DNA of 64,000 nucleotides from Mobula hypostoma (lineage: Eukaryota): assembly GCF_963921235.1 (NCBI RefSeq), contig NC_086109.1, positions 17,858,001-17,922,000 on the forward strand. Direction: 5' to 3'. Each line of letters starts with the position of its first letter. The first letter of the stretch is position 1. Below the pieces are notes generated by a model. It was not told where the DNA came from and made no database searches. It saw nothing but the letters and a program-made list of their open reading frames with translations. Below, one piece after another: positions 60,171 through 64,000 of the stretch. Both the position numbers and the translations under genes were made by a program.

Positions 60171-60614
60171 TCAGTAGCCCTCGCTAATCTCCCTGCACCA
60201 GCTACTCGTACGACTATCCACCACCTGCTCACATGACTTCATGTGACCCTGATTGGGGTTCGGGGTGGGGGGGAGGCCAAGCAGGTGCTATACATTGCCC
60301 AAAGGTGACCTACAGGCTAGCGGAAGGAAGGAAGGAAGGAGGGAAGGTTGAGATGTATCTCAACCCCACCACCCACTTTAGAGTTTAGTAAAATTAAAAA
60401 TGACCTAATTCAAATGCACAAAATTCTAAGAGGGTTCAACAAGGTAAATATGGAGGTGTTTCCTTGGCCAAGAAGTCTAGAACTAGTTGTTAAAGTAAGG
60501 GGAAAATTTCTTCAGTGAATGATGGATCTTTGGAATCTTATATCTAAGGGAGGCTGTGAAGCTCATTCATCAATTACATTCCAGACTCTGCGTGATAGAT
60601 ATTAAAAAGAATCA

Positions 60615-61680
60615 AAATACTGGCATGGATAGAAGAATGGCTGACAAGCAGGAGGCAGCAAGTGGGAATAAAGGGGGCCTTGTGGCTGCCAGTGACTAGT
60701 GGTGTTCCTCAGGGGTTAGTATTGGGACCGCTAATTTTCACACTGTTTGTCAATGATTTGGATAATGTAATTGATGGCTTTGTGGCAACGTTTGTGAATG
60801 ATACAAAGATTGGTGGAGGGATAGGTAGTGCTGAGGAAGCAATGTGATTACAGCAAGACTTAGACAAATTGGATGAATGGGCAAAAAAGGGGCAGATGGA
60901 ATACAGTGTTGGGAAATGTATGATAATGCATTTTGATAAAATGAATGATAGCGCAGACTATTATCTAAATGGGGAGAAAGTTCAAACATCAGAAATACAG
61001 AGGGACTTGGGAGTCCTCGTGCAAGACTCCCAGAAGGTTATTGGCAGGTTGAGTGTGTGGTAAAGAAGGCAAATGCAATATTGGCATTTATTTCACGGGG
61101 AATTGAATATAAAATCAAGGCTGCAAGATGCTAGTCAGGCCACACGGAGTATTGTCAACGGTTTTGGGCCCCGTATCTCAGAAAGGATGAGCTGTGTTAT
61201 TGGAAAGAGTCCAGAGGAGGTTCAGAAGCATAATTCTGGGAATGAAGGGGTTAATATATGAGGAGCATTTGGTAGCTTTGGGCTGTACACATGCAGGGGG
61301 ATCGCATTGAAACTTACCAAATATTAAAAGGAAAATTAGGGTGGATGTGGCTAGGATGTTTCTTATATTTCCTCCTCTCCCTAGTATTCCTTCTCAGCCA
61401 CCCGTCCCACATCCCTCCCGCGGTACTCTACCCTCACCATTCTCAACATTCCTATTTTTTTAACAAGGAGTAGTGAATCTATGAAATGCTCTGCCACAGA
61501 CTACGGTGGAGGCCAGGTCCGTGGGTTTATTTAAGGCAGAAGTTGATCGTTTCCTGATCGGTCAGGGCATCAAAGGATAAGGTGGAGAAGGCAGGTGTAT
61601 GGGGTCAGCCATGATGGAATGGTGGACCAGACTCCATGGGCTGAATGGTCAAATTGTGCTCCTATGTCTTATGGTCTAGT
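60615..61680 (+). mobile_element. CR1 3' fragment, decayed
   Basis: WLPVTSGVPQGLVLGPLIF..FVNDTKIGG; CCTATGTCTTATGGTCT end. Confidence 0.92.
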
Positions 61681-61799
61681 ATGGCGACAGAGCAGGAGAA
61701 TGATGTTGAATTAGTAGATCAGTCATTTCCTTTTTGAATATAGAACAGTAACAAGGGACCTACTTCATATTCAAAAATCTTAGCTCAATACCGAAGTCG

Positions 61800-62172
61800 A
61801 AGGTCAAGGGTCGATCAGAAGTCTGGAAGTTGAAGCATGATGGAGGGTGCCCTGGGTTTACAAGACTTCAAGCTGAGGTAGTTGGAGGTCTGTTGTCTGC
61901 ACCTCCCTTTGGAGACCCTGGGATCTATCCTGGGTTTGTAGGGCTGTATGTGGGTGTGTGTGTTTCTGGAGGAAAGGGACTCATTTTGCTGTTGTTTTGT
62001 TGCTTGCTCTGTTCTGTGTTGTTCTGCCAAGCTATGTTGGCGCTGGAATGTGTGGCAACACTTGCAGGCTGCTCCCAGTACATCTTTGGGTTGTGCTGAT
62101 TGTTGATGCAAACAATGCATTTCACTGCATGTTTCAGTGTACGTGTGATAAATAAACAAATCTGAATCTGAA
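61800..62172 (+). mobile_element. Non-autonomous retroelement (family of 25078-25680)
   Basis: Shared body; (AATCTG)n tail; 5' boundary uncertain. Confidence 0.7.
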
Positions 62173-62347
62173 TGACCTGCCCCCGTGACCACTCCTTAAG
62201 TTCTCGTACTCATTAAATAATAATCTTAATGAGCAAATGGATGGGTCCCAGTACATGTAGATCACTAAGGTCTATTAAAGAAAACAAACTGACTGACACA
62301 TGCACAATAATTTCAATTCATGTGAACTTTAAGAGGCATTGGATATA

Positions 62348-62469
62348 CAGTACTGTGCAAACGTCTTAGGCACATAACTAACTAGGGTGCCCTGGGTCTA
62401 CGAGACTTCAGGCTGAGGTAGTTGGAGGATATATATCTCCAGGGTGCCTAAGACATTTGCACAGTACTG
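62348..62469. mobile_element. Tc1/mariner-type MITE carrying a 45-bp captured segment
   Basis: TIRs CAGTACTGTGCAAACGTCTTAGGCAC / GTGCCTAAGACATTTGCACAGTACTG; TA on both sides. Confidence 0.88.
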
Positions 62470-62872
62470 TAGTAATTTTATGTAATGCATGGTACTGTTG
62501 CAAAAAGAAAACAAATTTCATGACATACGTGACTGACGATGAACCTGATTCTGATATAGGTCTCTACTGTGGGCTGAGAGTGGGAAGGGGCAGAGTGAGA
62601 GGAATCATGGTTGGGAAAAGAGGAAGGGAGAGGGGAGGGAGCAGGAAGCACCAGAGAGACATTCTGAAATTATCAATAAACCAATTGATTGGAATCAAAG
62701 GACTTTGACTGGTGTTTCAAAGCTGGATATGTCTGCACTCACGCCACCTCACCTCCCTGGTATTCCTTCTCTGCCACCTGTCCCACACCCTTCCCGAGGT
62801 ACTCGGCCCTCACCATTCCCAACATTTTTTGCTCCCAACAGATTTACAAGCTCACTCTCCGCACCACGTATG

Positions 62873-62939
62873 CAGTACGATGCAAAAGTCTTAGGCACCC
62901 CAGTGATACATATGTGCCTAAGACTTTTGCACAGCACTG
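62873..62939. mobile_element. Second Tc1/mariner-type MITE of the same TIR family (67 bp)
   Basis: CAGTACGATGCAAAAGTCTTAGGCAC / GTGCCTAAGACTTTTGCACAGCACTG followed by TA. Confidence 0.88.
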
Positions 62940-63797
62940 TACATGGGATGAGTTTGGCCCTAAAGGATGCTTTCTGGTGCTGTACAGCTCTATGACTAAA
63001 TGTGAAGATAAGTTCTGAGCTAGGGGATAAAAAACGGTGAGGTGGAATTGGCCGGTCAGTTCTTTCAAGCAACTGGACGCAATAGACAAAATGGCCTGTT
63101 CTCATGATTAAAACAAGAGGGATAATTTAAGAAGAGATACAAAGGAAAGTTGTCACTGTGTGGCCTGAAAGTTCGGAAAGGCTTATGAAACTAATTATGC
63201 CAATTACCTTAAAAGCTTTGTCCCGACGTCCACAATATTTCAAACCAGGCCCAGAGATGAAAGTGCAATGAACTGCATTTAGCCCCGGGTCTTACAAATG
63301 AAAGGATAAACTGGTACCTATTTACAGCCAGGAAGCTGTCCGATCCACACCCCAGATGTGAAAAGGCACATAGCCTCTCTCAAATCTCCTGTTACAAAGA
63401 GACTCTGAGAACGATGTACAAATTGAACTCATGCAGGCTTTCATCTCTTTTGTGTGGACTTAATTTGTACATAATTCTCAGAGGTCAGTGTGCAATTGCC
63501 CTGCACTAGAGTTTGGGTGCGTTTCATTAATTCCCACTGTTGCCTCAAGGTCTGGATAACGTATTTGTGTTTTAATACCATAGCAACATCTTTGCCCACA
63601 ATCCATCACCATCAGTTGCTCACATTACCACAAACAGTGATGACAGTCTCGTCATATGGATTATGACTGAGGTTAGAAATCCCAAAATACAAATCCTATA
63701 AAGCCATCTTCTACCTCTTGTGGTTTGGTAGGCACATCGTCCCATCATTTCCATGTCAGCACTATTATGCCTCACTGATACCTGAATGATAAATACA

Positions 63798-64000
63798 CAC
63801 TCAGTGGCCACTTTATTAGATACCTACTGTAGGTACCTAATAAAGTGGTCACTGAGTGTATGTTCATGGTCTTCTGCCACTGTTGCCCATCAACTTCAAA
63901 GTTTAACGTGTCGTGCGTTCCGACATGCTCTTCTGCACACCACTATTGTAGTGTGTAGTTATCTGAGTTACTGTTGCCTTCCAGTCAGCTTGAACTATTT
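63798..64000 (-). mobile_element. Second copy of the deleted Tc1 element with the double-TIR end (runs off window)
   Basis: Aligns with 46146-46335; hairpin at 63798-63858. Confidence 0.88.

Larger units (their letters stand above)
57027..60194 (-). mobile_element. Young CR1 LINE, 5'-truncated at the end of ORF1
   Basis: ORF1 end GRLARATEVTLN*, full ORF2 in two overlapping frames, 3' repeat TTTTCTATGTTTTCTAT. Confidence 0.97.
56836..60375 (-). mobile_element. RTE/BovB-related non-autonomous element (56836-57026 + 60195-60375) split by the young CR1
   Basis: The two halves join to match 22597-22967; 11-bp TSD CTTTAGAGTTT at 56825-56835 and 60376-60386. Confidence 0.88.

Overview
Eukaryotic, gene-poor, repeat-dominated vertebrate DNA. 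The repeat repertoire suggests a cartilaginous fish, probably a batoid (inference only). No host gene, rRNA, true tRNA or CRISPR array can be supported; most ORF-track entries are retroelement fragments or chance ORFs. Contents: (i) many CR1 LINEs, including a decayed copy at 1-5090, a full-length decayed copy at 7483-12427 and a young copy at 57027-60194 whose ORF2 is broken by one 1-nt deletion; (ii) Rex1/Babar-type LINE 3' fragments; (iii) Penelope-like element (PLE) fragments with a GIY-YIG endonuclease and terminal repeats carrying a minimal hammerhead ribozyme, often inserted as fold-backs; (iv) tRNA-derived SINEs, RTE-derived and AAGATGGC-headed non-autonomous retroelements; (v) solo LTRs; (vi) Tc1 and hAT MITEs. 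Top observations: a correctly phased U_UUA_AAC -1 slippery site just before the ORF1 stop in two divergent CR1 subfamilies, where the young copy's ORF2 has no usable ATG (candidate programmed frameshift); a family of 36-nt minimal hammerheads with a palindromic ACGU stem III; and a composite double-TIR Tc1-type element associated with short local sequence captures. Boundaries without a stated target-site duplication (TSD) are approximate.
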